From: Candidatus Nealsonbacteria bacterium
GTDB taxonomy: Bacteria > Patescibacteriota > Minisyncoccia > Minisyncoccales > PWPS01
Direction: 5' to 3'
Length of the DNA stretch: 50,367 bases
NCBI GenBank assembly: GCA_003551425.1
Contig: PUMP01000049.1
Location: forward strand, 1 to 50,367
Below are positions 1 to 8,981 of this stretch, one piece after another (the first letter of the stretch is position 1; each line of letters begins with the position of its first letter). The notes under the pieces are model-generated. The model had not been told where the DNA came from, did no database searches, and worked only from the letters and a program-made list of their open reading frames with translations. The position numbers and the translations under genes were made by a program.

Positions 1-981
1 CATCTTTATTATCTTCAATACGAATATCGTAATCCGCAAACAGGAAACAGAATACAAACGATAAACCCTCATCTTTCGCTTGGATCGGCAGTGCATGAAA
101 CCATAGAAGGGCTGGTCAATATGCCGATAAAAAAACGAGCCTCTCTTTCCTTAGAAGAAAGGTTTGAAAAAATATTTGATAATTATCGCGGGATAAAGGG
201 TGGATTTATCTCAAAGAAGAAAGAAGAAAAATTCAAAAAGAGAGGACTTTCCATGATTAAAAGGGTGGAGAAATCTTCTCTTCTCCGCAATCCTTCTACA
301 AATATTGAAAATGATTTTCCGACCGTTGATCTTGAAAAAGACGGAAGCATTAAATTGGTGGGTTATCTTGACTGGGTTGAGATTTTGCCGAGCGGAAAGG
401 CCCATATAATTGATTTTAAGACGGGAAACAATAAAGAGAACGGAAATTCCTTGCAACTTCCCATTTACACTCTCCTATCAAAGAAGAACTTATCAAGAGA
501 AGTCGAAAAAGTTAGCTACTGGTATCTTGAGCATGACGATCATCCCGTTACGCACGATACAGGAGACCTTTCTTTGGCTATGGAAAAAATCAAAGAGAGA
601 GCCTATAATATAAAAAGTGCTGTATCAAAACAGGATTTTCCCTGCAATTATCCCGGGCGTTGTTTCGTGTGCAATGAATATGAAAAAATTTTTCAAGGAG
701 ATGCCGAGATGATAGAGACAGAAGGGCGAAGAAAAAAAGATACATTTTTTGTTTTTAAGAAAGAGGATGTAATAGAAAAAGTGTTGGAAGAAGATTTTCT
801 TGACGAAAGAGAAAAAAAGATATTTGAGATGAGAACCAACAGTTCTATGGAAATAATCAATAAAGAGCTCAGACTTTCTCCGGAAAAGAGTGAGAAAATA
901 GTAAAAACCATAAAGAAGAGGTTGAAGGACAATCTTTCACCAAAAGAACTTCGGGTGCTTATTAATTTTTTAGGCCAATGA
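1..981 (+). CDS. PD-(D/E)XK (RecB/AddB/Cas4-like) nuclease, 5'-truncated by the window edge, with a C-terminal sigma70-region-4-like HTH tail
   Basis: Frame 1 is open from nt 1, with no stop before the listed GTG at 91. 'HIIDFKTG' gives a D-x-K nuclease motif. The 'CNYPGRCFVCNEYE' Cys cluster resembles Fe-S nucleases of the AddB/Cas4 type. The tail 'EREKKIFEMR..SMEIINKELRLSPEKSEKIVKTIKKRLK' looks like a sigma70 r4/LuxR-type HTH. Confidence 0.6.
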   Translation, partial: HLYYLQYEYRNPQTGNRIQTINPHLSLGSAVHETIEGLVNMPIKKRASLSLEERFEKIFDNYRGIKGGFISKKKEEKFKKRGLSMIKRVEKSSLLRNPSTNIENDFPTVDLEKDGSIKLVGYLDWVEILPSGKAHIIDFKTGNNKENGNSLQLPIYTLLSKKNLSREVEKVSYWYLEHDDHPVTHDTGDLSLAMEKIKERAYNIKSAVSKQDFPCNYPGRCFVCNEYEKIFQGDAEMIETEGRRKKDTFFVFKKEDVIEKVLEEDFLDEREKKIFEMRTNSSMEIINKELRLSPEKSEKIVKTIKKRLKDNLSPKELRVLINFLGQ

Positions 982-1571
982 AGAAAACAGAGCTACTTCG
1001 GGAGATAAAAAAAGAGGTTGTTGAATTAAAAAGCTCTCCTCTTTATCAAGAGAGAATAAAAAATAATGTTTTTCCGGTTATCGGAGAAGGGAATCACGAC
1101 GCTGACATTATGTTTGTCGGTGAAGCCCCGGGAGCTAAAGAGGCGGCGACAGGGAGGCCTTTTTGCGGAAATGCCGGAAAGATTCTTGATAATTGCCTGC
1201 AAGAAAATGGGCTTAAAAGAGAAGAAACTTATATTACGAATATCGTAAAAGATCGTCCTCCCCGAAATCGTGATCCCTTGCCGGAAGAGATTGAAGCTTA
1301 TCGCTTATTTCTAGATAGGCAGATAGAGATTATACAGCCGAAGATAATTGTTTCTTTGGGAAGATTTTCTACGGAATATATTCTTACAAAATTTAAATTG
1401 GAAAAAGAATTAAAGCCGATTACCGCATTACATGGAAAAATATTTAACACTGAGACAAATTATGGTAAAGTGAAAATAATTCCTATTTTTCATCCTGCAG
1501 TGGCCGTACATGACCCGAGAAAAAAGGACACCCTGCGGGAAGGATTTAAAGTTTTAAAAAATAATTTATAA
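978..1571 (+). CDS. Uracil-DNA glycosylase, family 4
   Basis: 'IMFVGEAPGAKEAATGRPFCGNAGKILD' (GEAPG and F-x-G-x-AG motifs) plus a C-terminal 'FHPAV' motif. ATGA overlap with the upstream gene. Confidence 0.85.
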   Translation: MKKTELLREIKKEVVELKSSPLYQERIKNNVFPVIGEGNHDADIMFVGEAPGAKEAATGRPFCGNAGKILDNCLQENGLKREETYITNIVKDRPPRNRDPLPEEIEAYRLFLDRQIEIIQPKIIVSLGRFSTEYILTKFKLEKELKPITALHGKIFNTETNYGKVKIIPIFHPAVAVHDPRKKDTLREGFKVLKNNL

Positions 1572-1574
1572 AAA

Positions 1575-2645
1575 ATGAATAATATATTAACTTTTTTACC
1601 GGAAATATTGAGAAATGAATATTTCGGCAATACTCTCTTTGATTACATTGTCTTCTTTGTTTTATCTCTTGTTCTTACGACCGTATTCTTTGTTATAAGA
1701 AAATATCTTTTTAGAAGAATACAACGCTATACGGAAAAAGGGGGAATTGCCAGTCTTTTTGTGGATCTTTTAAACCAAGCCAGGTTCTCTTATTACGCCT
1801 TTGTTTCTTTTTATTTTGTTCACTTTATACTTGTAACGCCGCAATTTCTTACTCGATTTTTAACCATTATTTTTATCGTTTGGACTACGTATCGGGTGGT
1901 AATTGCCGGGCAACAGATAATTGATTATATAATTTATAAGTACCTTGAAAGAAGTGGTGATGAAAGCAGGGTGATGGCGCTTCGTCTTATCGGAAAAATT
2001 GTTAAGGGCTTGCTTTGGGTTTTTGCGGTAATTATTTTTCTTTCTGCGTTAGGAATAAATGTTACCGGGCTTGTCGCCGGACTTGGAATAGGTGGTGTTG
2101 CGGTGGCTTTTGCATTGCAAAATATTTTATCGGATCTTTTCAGCTCTTTTTCCATTTATTTTGATCGTCCTTTTGTAGAAGGAGACTTTATTATTGTTGG
2201 CGACAAAATGGGAGTAGTGGAGAAGGTAGGTATAAAAAGCACCAGAGTGCGAGCGCTACAAGGAGAAGAAATAGTTTTTTCCAACAAAGAGCTTACCTCG
2301 GCACAAATCCATAATCTCAAGAAGATGGACTATCGCAGGAATCAAATCACGATAGGGGTTGTTTATGAAACTTCAACAGAGATTTTAGAGAAGATACCGG
2401 AGATAATTAAAGGAATAATAGAAAAAGAAGAAATGGCTGAATTTGATAGAGCGCATTTTAGTTCTTTCGCCGATTTTTCTCTTAACTTTACTTTTGTTTA
2501 TTACACCAAGTCGCGAGATTATACTATTTTCATGGATGTGCAGCAGAAAATATTGTTAGAAATCAAAAGAGAATTTGAAAAAGAAAAGATAGAGTTTGCA
2601 TATCCGACAAAAACAATTCACTTATTTAAAGGAGATAAAAGCTAA
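1575..2645 (+). CDS. Small-conductance mechanosensitive channel (MscS family)
   Basis: N-terminal TM helices followed by 'GGVAVAFALQNILSDLFSSFSIYFDRPFVEGDFIIVGDKMGVVEKVGIKSTRVR', the typical MscS pore/beta-domain signature. Confidence 0.85.
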   Translation: MNNILTFLPEILRNEYFGNTLFDYIVFFVLSLVLTTVFFVIRKYLFRRIQRYTEKGGIASLFVDLLNQARFSYYAFVSFYFVHFILVTPQFLTRFLTIIFIVWTTYRVVIAGQQIIDYIIYKYLERSGDESRVMALRLIGKIVKGLLWVFAVIIFLSALGINVTGLVAGLGIGGVAVAFALQNILSDLFSSFSIYFDRPFVEGDFIIVGDKMGVVEKVGIKSTRVRALQGEEIVFSNKELTSAQIHNLKKMDYRRNQITIGVVYETSTEILEKIPEIIKGIIEKEEMAEFDRAHFSSFADFSLNFTFVYYTKSRDYTIFMDVQQKILLEIKREFEKEKIEFAYPTKTIHLFKGDKS

Positions 2646-2647
2646 TA

Positions 2648-4351
2648 ATGGAGATTTTTAGTTTTATAGAGGAGATTGAGCTAACAATCATGGGAGAGCT
2701 TGCGATTATGCTTGTTCTAGCGGCTTTTTTGGGAATTTTACTGCGCATCTTAAAGCAACCACTATTACTTGCTTATATTGCTACCGGAATTATTATCGGT
2801 TCTTTTAGCTATCTAAACTTGGGAGAAACTGAAGCCATTGAAACTTTTTCCACCTTAGGAGTGATGTTCTTGCTTTTTCTTGTCGGGCTGGAGATGGATT
2901 ATAATGCGTTAAAAAAAATAGGAAAACTTTCGCTTGCCATCGGACTTGGGCAAGTTATCTTTACCTCTTTGGGAGGATTTTTAATTGGTTATTATCTTTT
3001 TGGGTTTTCTCTTCTTCCGGCGATATATGTTGCGATAGCACTTACTTTTTCCAGTACGGTTATCATTATAAAGCTTCTTTCCGACAAGGGAAATTTAACC
3101 AGTTTACACGGCAGGGCCGCAATAGGACTTCTGTTGGTTCAAGATTTGGTTGTAATTTTAATTTTGATCGGTCTTAACGCAATTGCGATTGAGGGAGCGA
3201 TTGATACTTGGTCTTTAGTACAAACCGCACTAGGAGGAATAGCCCTTTTTATTTTAATGCTTTTTCTCGGAAGAAGCATTTTCCCGTTTCTTTTTAGCAG
3301 AGTTGCCCGTTCTCAAGAACTTTTATTTTTGGTCACTTTGGCGTGGTTATTGTTTTTTAGCGTTATTGTGGAGCAATTCGGTTTTTCAATTGAAATAGCG
3401 GGATTTCTAGGCGGCGTGGCTCTTGCCAACTCTTCAGAAAAGTATCACATAGCAAGCAAAGTAAGGCCTTTGCGTGATTTTTTTGTTTTGGTGTTTTTTG
3501 TCTTTCTCGGATCCTTAATGGCCGTTTCCGATTTTGAGGGATTAACAATTCCTATAATATTATTTTCTTTATTTGTGCTTATCGGGAATCCGTTGATTGT
3601 AATAACAATCATGGGAATTATGCGGTACAAGAAACGTACAGGATTTTTGACCGGAGTTACCGTTGCTCAAATATCGGAATTTAGTTTGATTTTTGCCACT
3701 CTCGGACTTGCTTTGGGCCATATTACCGATCAAATATTTGCTCTTATTGCGGCGGTAGGAGTGGTTACCATTACTCTTTCCACTTATTTAATTATATATG
3801 CCGAAAGTATCTTTCCCTATATTTCCCGCTTATTGTCTATATTTGAAAGGAAAAACACTCACGAAGAAGAAGATGATTTCAATATCTCCAAGCCGATTAT
3901 CTTAATTGGAGCGCACAGAACGGGAAGGGGAGTATTAAATAATTTAAATAAAGACGATCTTTTGGTTGTTGAATTTGATCCAATTATAATAGATGAGCTT
4001 AAGAGAAAGGGAGTTGATTGTTTGTTTGCCGACATCAAGGACCCGCATTTCTCTGAAGACTCAAATCTGAAGAAAACAAAACTTATAATTTCTACGAGCC
4101 CCACCTTGGAAGACAACTTAACTTTGGTTAAAAAAATAAAAGCGATTAACAGAAATATAAAAATTATTTCTCGAGCAGAAAATGAGAACGAGGCCCTTAC
4201 TCTTTACGGCGAAGGGGTAGACTATATTCTTTTACCTCATTTCTTATCCGGCAAATATTTGGGAAGAATTATTGATCCTGAATTAAAACTTGATAATATT
4301 GCGGATCTAAGAAAGAAAGAGATAAAAATGTTGCTAAATAATAATTCATGA
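2648..4351 (+). CDS. Cation:proton antiporter (CPA2/Kef-like) with a C-terminal RCK/TrkA-N domain
   Basis: About 380 aa of polytopic membrane domain with CPA2-like helices, then 'KPIILIGAHRTGRGVL' (Rossmann-like GxxxxG) and an RCK-like tail. Confidence 0.8.
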   Translation: MEIFSFIEEIELTIMGELAIMLVLAAFLGILLRILKQPLLLAYIATGIIIGSFSYLNLGETEAIETFSTLGVMFLLFLVGLEMDYNALKKIGKLSLAIGLGQVIFTSLGGFLIGYYLFGFSLLPAIYVAIALTFSSTVIIIKLLSDKGNLTSLHGRAAIGLLLVQDLVVILILIGLNAIAIEGAIDTWSLVQTALGGIALFILMLFLGRSIFPFLFSRVARSQELLFLVTLAWLLFFSVIVEQFGFSIEIAGFLGGVALANSSEKYHIASKVRPLRDFFVLVFFVFLGSLMAVSDFEGLTIPIILFSLFVLIGNPLIVITIMGIMRYKKRTGFLTGVTVAQISEFSLIFATLGLALGHITDQIFALIAAVGVVTITLSTYLIIYAESIFPYISRLLSIFERKNTHEEEDDFNISKPIILIGAHRTGRGVLNNLNKDDLLVVEFDPIIIDELKRKGVDCLFADIKDPHFSEDSNLKKTKLIISTSPTLEDNLTLVKKIKAINRNIKIISRAENENEALTLYGEGVDYILLPHFLSGKYLGRIIDPELKLDNIADLRKKEIKMLLNNNS

Positions 4352-4932
4352 GAAACATAGATACAATATTAAAGGTTATTAGAAAATATGGAGGTTTTTC
4401 TTTCTTTATTTTTTCTATCTCTTTTGTTCTCGGAATTTTAATTACTGTAATTTATCCCTCTCAAGCTGAAGATATATTTAGTGAAGTGTTAAAGGGGTTT
4501 GCTCCCTTTCTTGAGCTTGGTCCGCTTGAAATGATTATTTTTATCTTCTTGAATAATACTATAAAAGTTTTTTTAGCGATGTTGCTTGGAGTTTTTATTG
4601 CCCTGCCTACTTTATTCTTTCTTTTTATTAATGGAATGACGCTCGGTGTTATCTCTTCCCTTTTTTATTCAGAAATAGGCTTTTTAACGATTCTTTTCAT
4701 GCTTCTTCCTCACGGTATTTTTGAGTTACCGGCACTTTTTATTGGTAGCGGTTTTGGAATTTGGCTTGGCACTCTTTTTTGGCAAAAGATTAGAAAGAAA
4801 AGATTCAGAGACTTCCTGTATGGAGAAGACTTTAAAGAACCTTTAAAAATTTGCATGGATGTCTTCTTTTTAATTATAGTCCCTCTTCTTGGAATTGCGG
4901 CTATAATAGAAACGGCGCTGATCTTTTTATGA
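4348..4932 (+). CDS. SpoIIM-like integral membrane protein
   Basis: Polytopic membrane protein with 'LLPHGIFELPALFIGSGFG', which resembles the stage II sporulation protein M family motif. ATGA overlap with the upstream gene. Confidence 0.55.
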   Translation: MRNIDTILKVIRKYGGFSFFIFSISFVLGILITVIYPSQAEDIFSEVLKGFAPFLELGPLEMIIFIFLNNTIKVFLAMLLGVFIALPTLFFLFINGMTLGVISSLFYSEIGFLTILFMLLPHGIFELPALFIGSGFGIWLGTLFWQKIRKKRFRDFLYGEDFKEPLKICMDVFFLIIVPLLGIAAIIETALIFL

Positions 4933-5558
4933 AAATCATAATTTCCAAAAAGAAAGACGGAGCAATGAATCTTTCTGAAAACAGAAATGTTTTTTTTCAA
5001 AAAAATAACCTTGACTTAAGCTCGGCAATCTTTGCGGATCTTTCGCACGGAAAAGAGGTAAAGATAGTAAATAAGGAAGACAGGGGCAATGTAATGGAAG
5101 ATACGGACGGACTTATTACATCTTCAAGAGAAATTATTCTCGGAGTTACCGTGGCGGATTGTCTTCCTTTGTTTTTGTTTTCAAGAAAGATAATCGGAGT
5201 ATTGCATGCCGGCTGGAAAGGAATCGAGAGAGGAATCATAGAGGAAGCCTTTAAGAAAGTTGAGGAGATAGGGGAGAGCAAAGAAAATTTACGATTTTAC
5301 GTTGGTCCGGGGATAGACTCTTGCCACTACGAGGTTAAAAAAGATGTTTTAAAAAAGTTTGAAGATTTTAACTCTTTTTTTCAAGAAAAGAACGGAAAAT
5401 TTTTTCTTCCCCTTAAAGAAATTGCAAGAGAAAAGATAAGAAAAAATGGAGTAAAAAACATAAAGATTTCTCCGATTTGCACATACTGCGATAAGGATTA
5501 TTTTTCTTTTCGCAGAGATAAAAAGGTTAATAAAATGCTTGCGTTAATTACAAAGTAA
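4929..5558 (+). CDS. pgeF: Peptidoglycan editing factor PgeF / YfiH (DUF152, laccase-domain) protein
   Basis: 'VTVADCLPLFLF..IGVLHAGWKG..GPGIDSCHYEV', the conserved His/Cys/His motifs of YfiH. I chose the ATG at 4929, which overlaps the upstream stop (ATGA), over the listed 4851 start. Confidence 0.8.
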   Translation: MKIIISKKKDGAMNLSENRNVFFQKNNLDLSSAIFADLSHGKEVKIVNKEDRGNVMEDTDGLITSSREIILGVTVADCLPLFLFSRKIIGVLHAGWKGIERGIIEEAFKKVEEIGESKENLRFYVGPGIDSCHYEVKKDVLKKFEDFNSFFQEKNGKFFLPLKEIAREKIRKNGVKNIKISPICTYCDKDYFSFRRDKKVNKMLALITK

Positions 5559-5571
5559 ATTTTAATAATAT

Positions 5572-6459
5572 ATGACTAAAATCACAAAAGCTGTTATTGC
5601 GGCCGCCGGTTACGGCACCAGATTCTTGCCTGCAACCAAGAATCAACCAAAAGAAATGCTTCCCATTATCGATAAGCCTATCGTTCATTATTTGGTAGAA
5701 GAAGCCATAAAATCGGGAATTAAGGATATTATTTTGGTTACGAGAACCGGACAAACCGCCCTGGAAGATTATTTTGATTCTCATATAGAGTTAGAGCAAA
5801 AGTTGGAAAAAAGTGGAAAGATAGAACGGTTAAAAGAAATTAAAAAAATTCCAAAATTAGCGAATTTTATTTATACAAGACAAAGATCCGACATTCCCCC
5901 CGGAAATGCCGCTCCGTTGTTTTCCGTTATGCCAATTATTAACTCCGATGAGCCGTTTGTTTATATGTTTGGGGACGATATGACACTTTCTCAAAATCCG
6001 GTTACAAAACAAATTATGGATATTTATGAAAAAGAAGAACCGGCGGCTGTGTTTGGGGTACAAGAGGTTAAAGAAGAAGAGGTTCATAAATACGGAACCG
6101 TTCGTTATAAGAAAAACGCAAAGAACAGATATGAAATAGAAGGGTTTAGTGAAAAGGCTTCTGCCAAAGAAGCTCCTTCAAGAATGGCTCTTTTTGGCAG
6201 GTTTGTTTTTTCTCCCAAAGTATTAAAAGAAGTGACAACCACTTTACCGGGGAAAGACGGTGAGCTTGGAGTTGCTGATATTTTTAATGCGCTTTGCGGT
6301 AAAGGAGAAAGAGTCATAGCGCAACCGATAGAAGGAGAGTGGCACACTACCGGAGACCCACTTAGCTATTTAAAAACTTCTTTTAAATTTGCGCTCGAAA
6401 GAGAAGAGATGAGCAAGGAATTAAAAGATTATTTAAAAAAGCACCTAAGAGAAAGTTGA
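5572..6459 (+). CDS. galU: UTP--glucose-1-phosphate uridylyltransferase
   Basis: 'KAVIAAAGYGTRFLPATKNQPKEMLPIIDKPIVHYLVEEA', the canonical GalU N-terminus. Confidence 0.9.
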   Translation: MTKITKAVIAAAGYGTRFLPATKNQPKEMLPIIDKPIVHYLVEEAIKSGIKDIILVTRTGQTALEDYFDSHIELEQKLEKSGKIERLKEIKKIPKLANFIYTRQRSDIPPGNAAPLFSVMPIINSDEPFVYMFGDDMTLSQNPVTKQIMDIYEKEEPAAVFGVQEVKEEEVHKYGTVRYKKNAKNRYEIEGFSEKASAKEAPSRMALFGRFVFSPKVLKEVTTTLPGKDGELGVADIFNALCGKGERVIAQPIEGEWHTTGDPLSYLKTSFKFALEREEMSKELKDYLKKHLRES

Positions 6460-7365
6460 CCCTATAAAGCCGATATTACCTTGGAGAAAATCTTTTGAAG
6501 ATACGGGGTTTTTATTTTCTATTTGCAGCTTTTTTATCAAAAGAAAATCCTTTTTTGTTTGCACGGCAAGAGTGTGATTTGTCCCGAGATAAATTTTTCC
6601 CGGATTTCCAAACGGACCGCTTTCCGTTTGCTCTTGTACATCTGCCTCTAATATCTTAAATCTTTTTCCGTTGGCGCTAGTATATGTTCCGGGCCAAGGA
6701 TTAAAGGCCCTTATTTTTCTTTCAATTATCTTTGCCGATTCATTCCAATTTATCGCTCCGTCTTTCTTGGTAATTTTTTGCGTGTATGTCGCTTCTTCTT
6801 CATTTTGAGGGATAGCATTAACTCCGTTGAAAGGTAGTTTTTCTATAAAAAAACTTCCACCTTCTCTTCCCAGTATTTCTTCGGCTTCTTTGTAATTTAT
6901 TTTTGAATGAAAAGGGACTTTTTTCTGGTCAATAATGGGTCCGTGATCAATTTTTTCATCTATAAAAAATAGTGTTATTCCGCTGCTTTGGTTTCCATTA
7001 ATAATGCTCGTTTGAATTGGTGTTGGCCCGCGATATTTGGGAAGAAGAGAGGGGTGGATGTTGATGAGTTTACTGTTAAGCTTTAATGTTTTTGGAGAGA
7101 TAATTAACCCGAAACCGGCAACTACAACTATATCTGGATTTTCTTTTTCAATTATAAAATGAAAGTCTGAGGTGTTATCAGCCTCCTTTACGGGGATATT
7201 ATTTTTTCTTGCAAGTTCTTTTAGGGGAAGAGGTTTTTCTTTTTGACCTCTTCCTATTTTTTTATCGGAAGAAGTGATTATTGCAGATAAATTTACTTCT
7301 CTTTCAAGTAGTAAGCGACAAGCCGCTAGTCCGAAATTTGAATTACTTGCGAATATTATTTTCAT
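6445..7365 (-). CDS. fmt: Methionyl-tRNA formyltransferase
   Basis: 'NIHPSLLPKYRGPTPIQ' formyltransferase motif and a typical Fmt C-terminal domain. The 3' end overlaps galU convergently by 15 nt. Confidence 0.9.
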   Translation of the reverse strand: MKIIFASNSNFGLAACRLLLEREVNLSAIITSSDKKIGRGQKEKPLPLKELARKNNIPVKEADNTSDFHFIIEKENPDIVVVAGFGLIISPKTLKLNSKLINIHPSLLPKYRGPTPIQTSIINGNQSSGITLFFIDEKIDHGPIIDQKKVPFHSKINYKEAEEILGREGGSFFIEKLPFNGVNAIPQNEEEATYTQKITKKDGAINWNESAKIIERKIRAFNPWPGTYTSANGKRFKILEADVQEQTESGPFGNPGKIYLGTNHTLAVQTKKDFLLIKKLQIENKNPVSSKDFLQGNIGFIGSTFS

Positions 7366-7367
7366 AT

Positions 7368-8057
7368 TTAATAATCTTCAATTTTCCACTCGATTTCTTC
7401 CTCTTTTCCGGCGAATTCAAGCCAATCCCCGGATTTATTTATGACGTACCATTTTTGTTTTGCGCTTGACCAAACCATAGGATCTCCGCGGAAATAAGGT
7501 CTATTTTTCTTTTCTTTGGGTTTCAGCTTGTTAATCTCCGGCCATTTTTTAAAAACGGTTTCAATTGCATAATCAAGATTCCTTGAATTTGCCCATTCTG
7601 CCACTTTGTCTATTGCTTTCTTCGCTTTTTCCACGGAACCGGCAAGCTCTAAAAGATCTTTTGAAGGCTTTGTATAGCGAGAATAGATTATTTTTTTCTT
7701 TCTTGCATCTTCTTTAATTTCTTCTAAAGAGTATCCTTTTGTTTTAAAATAATGGTTTATTATTTTTTGAATATCACTTTCTTCTTCAAAGGATATTTTT
7801 TTGTTTCCCGAGTACTCTAATAAAGATATTATAGTTTTTAGATGATCTTTGTTTGTTTTTCCTTTTAGGGATTTTTCATATCTCTTGATATGTTTTTGCT
7901 CTATCTTGTTTGCCGGGAAATTTTCAAGTTTTTCCGCATAGATCCAATTTTTAAAAGAAGAAAGGTGGCCTTCCTTTCTTTTAATAGTAGAGTCGGCGTA
8001 TCCTTTTTTCTTTAACTCTTTTAAGAAAGATGAAAAGTTGTTAATTAGTGATTCCAT
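7368..8057 (-). CDS. Hypothetical protein (N-terminus resembles the integrase SAM-like/core-binding domain; no catalytic domain)
   Basis: 229-aa ORF packed tightly between fmt and the next ORF. 'FLKELKKKGYADSTIKRKEGHLSSFKNWI' is similar in style to Xer/integrase N-terminal domains. The rest is unrecognised. Confidence 0.5.
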   Translation of the reverse strand: MESLINNFSSFLKELKKKGYADSTIKRKEGHLSSFKNWIYAEKLENFPANKIEQKHIKRYEKSLKGKTNKDHLKTIISLLEYSGNKKISFEEESDIQKIINHYFKTKGYSLEEIKEDARKKKIIYSRYTKPSKDLLELAGSVEKAKKAIDKVAEWANSRNLDYAIETVFKKWPEINKLKPKEKKNRPYFRGDPMVWSSAKQKWYVINKSGDWLEFAGKEEEIEWKIEDY

Positions 8058-8061
8058 ACTT

Positions 8062-8340
8062 TTACAAGAGAGACTTAATTCTTTCCGCTTCTTCTTCTAC
8101 CAATTTGCCGTTGTATTCGGCTCCGTGATCGGGAGCTCCTTTATATTGTGGAGCTTTTTGATCCAAATGAAGGTTTAATTCTTTTTTTTCTTCAATATAA
8201 TAAATATGAAAACGAGGATACCTTGATCCGCGCAAAGTACGTGAAAAAGATGTTCCTCGATTTGTCCTTTCCGGATGATATCCCGCTCTTCTCATTGCGT
8301 TTAGAATACTGCCCTGTAAATCGTTAATTTTAATCTTCAT
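8062..8340 (-). CDS. Hypothetical 92-aa protein
   Basis: ORF with an extended -10 (TGTTATAAT) 6 nt upstream of its ATG and a 4-nt gap to the downstream ORF. No family recognised. Confidence 0.5.
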   Translation of the reverse strand: MKIKINDLQGSILNAMRRAGYHPERTNRGTSFSRTLRGSRYPRFHIYYIEEKKELNLHLDQKAPQYKGAPDHGAEYNGKLVEEEAERIKSLL

Positions 8341-8346
8341 TTTTTA

Positions 8347-8355
8347 ATTATAACA
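8347..8355 (-). promoter_or_regulatory. Extended -10 (TGTTATAAT) placed 6 nt upstream of the ATG at 8340; candidate leaderless promoter
   Basis: The reverse complement of 8347-8355 reads TGTTATAAT. Only TAAAAA separates it from the start codon. Confidence 0.45.
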
Positions 8356-8381
8356 TATTGGATGTGTTTATAAAACGATTC

Positions 8382-8409
8382 TTGAAGATAAAAATATTTT
8401 TGTCATAAT
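8382..8409 (+). promoter_or_regulatory. Candidate sigma70 promoter of thpR (TTGAAG-16-CATAAT with upstream TG); start codon 8 nt after the -10
   Basis: Sequence read directly: cTTGAAGataaaaatatttttgtCATAATataaacatATG. Confidence 0.4.
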
Positions 8410-8417
8410 ATAAACAT

Positions 8418-8981
8418 ATGAGAGTTTTTATTGCTTTAAATATTCCTCCGGAAATAAAGAAAAAGCTTTTAAAGTGCCAAGAAGAAATAAAAGGTTTGTT
8501 TGACTATGATCCGGTAAAATGGGTAAAAGGGGATTGCATACACATCACTTTGGCATTTTTAGGTACACTGCGAGAAAGGGATGTTGAATCTCTTAAAGAA
8601 GATTTAAGAAAAATAAGAAAGGAGCCTTTTGAGGTTTTCTTGAATAAAATAACTTATGTTCCTCCGGAAAGAAGAAAGGCAAAGATGATATGGGTGAAAG
8701 GGGAGAGCAAAGAGCTGGAGACATTACAAAAAGAGATAGAAAAAGTTTTGATTGCATCAAACTACTTGAACTATCTTCCCGACGAGAGAGGCTTCACTCC
8801 TCATATTACTTTAGGCAGAGTTAGGAAGTGGGATTTGCAAAGACTTTCAACTTCTCAAATACCAATCCTTGAAGAAGAAATAAATTTAAGTTTCAAAGCG
8901 GAGTCTTTTGAGCTTATGGAGAGTAAGTTAAAAAAAGGGGGGCCGGAGTATAAAATAGTTTCTAGTTTTAGTTTAAAATGA
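8418..8981 (+). CDS. thpR: RNA 2',3'-cyclic phosphodiesterase (2H phosphoesterase, ThpR/LigT)
   Basis: Two H-x-T-x motifs, 'HITLAFLG' and 'HITLGRV', at the expected spacing. Confidence 0.85.
   Translation: MRVFIALNIPPEIKKKLLKCQEEIKGLFDYDPVKWVKGDCIHITLAFLGTLRERDVESLKEDLRKIRKEPFEVFLNKITYVPPERRKAKMIWVKGESKELETLQKEIEKVLIASNYLNYLPDERGFTPHITLGRVRKWDLQRLSTSQIPILEEEINLSFKAESFELMESKLKKGGPEYKIVSSFSLK

Noticed and set aside
8062-8340. The 92-aa and 229-aa pair as a toxin-antitoxin (HicA-like) module.
   Set aside because: I could not recognise any toxin or antitoxin family motif, and the sizes and order alone are not evidence.
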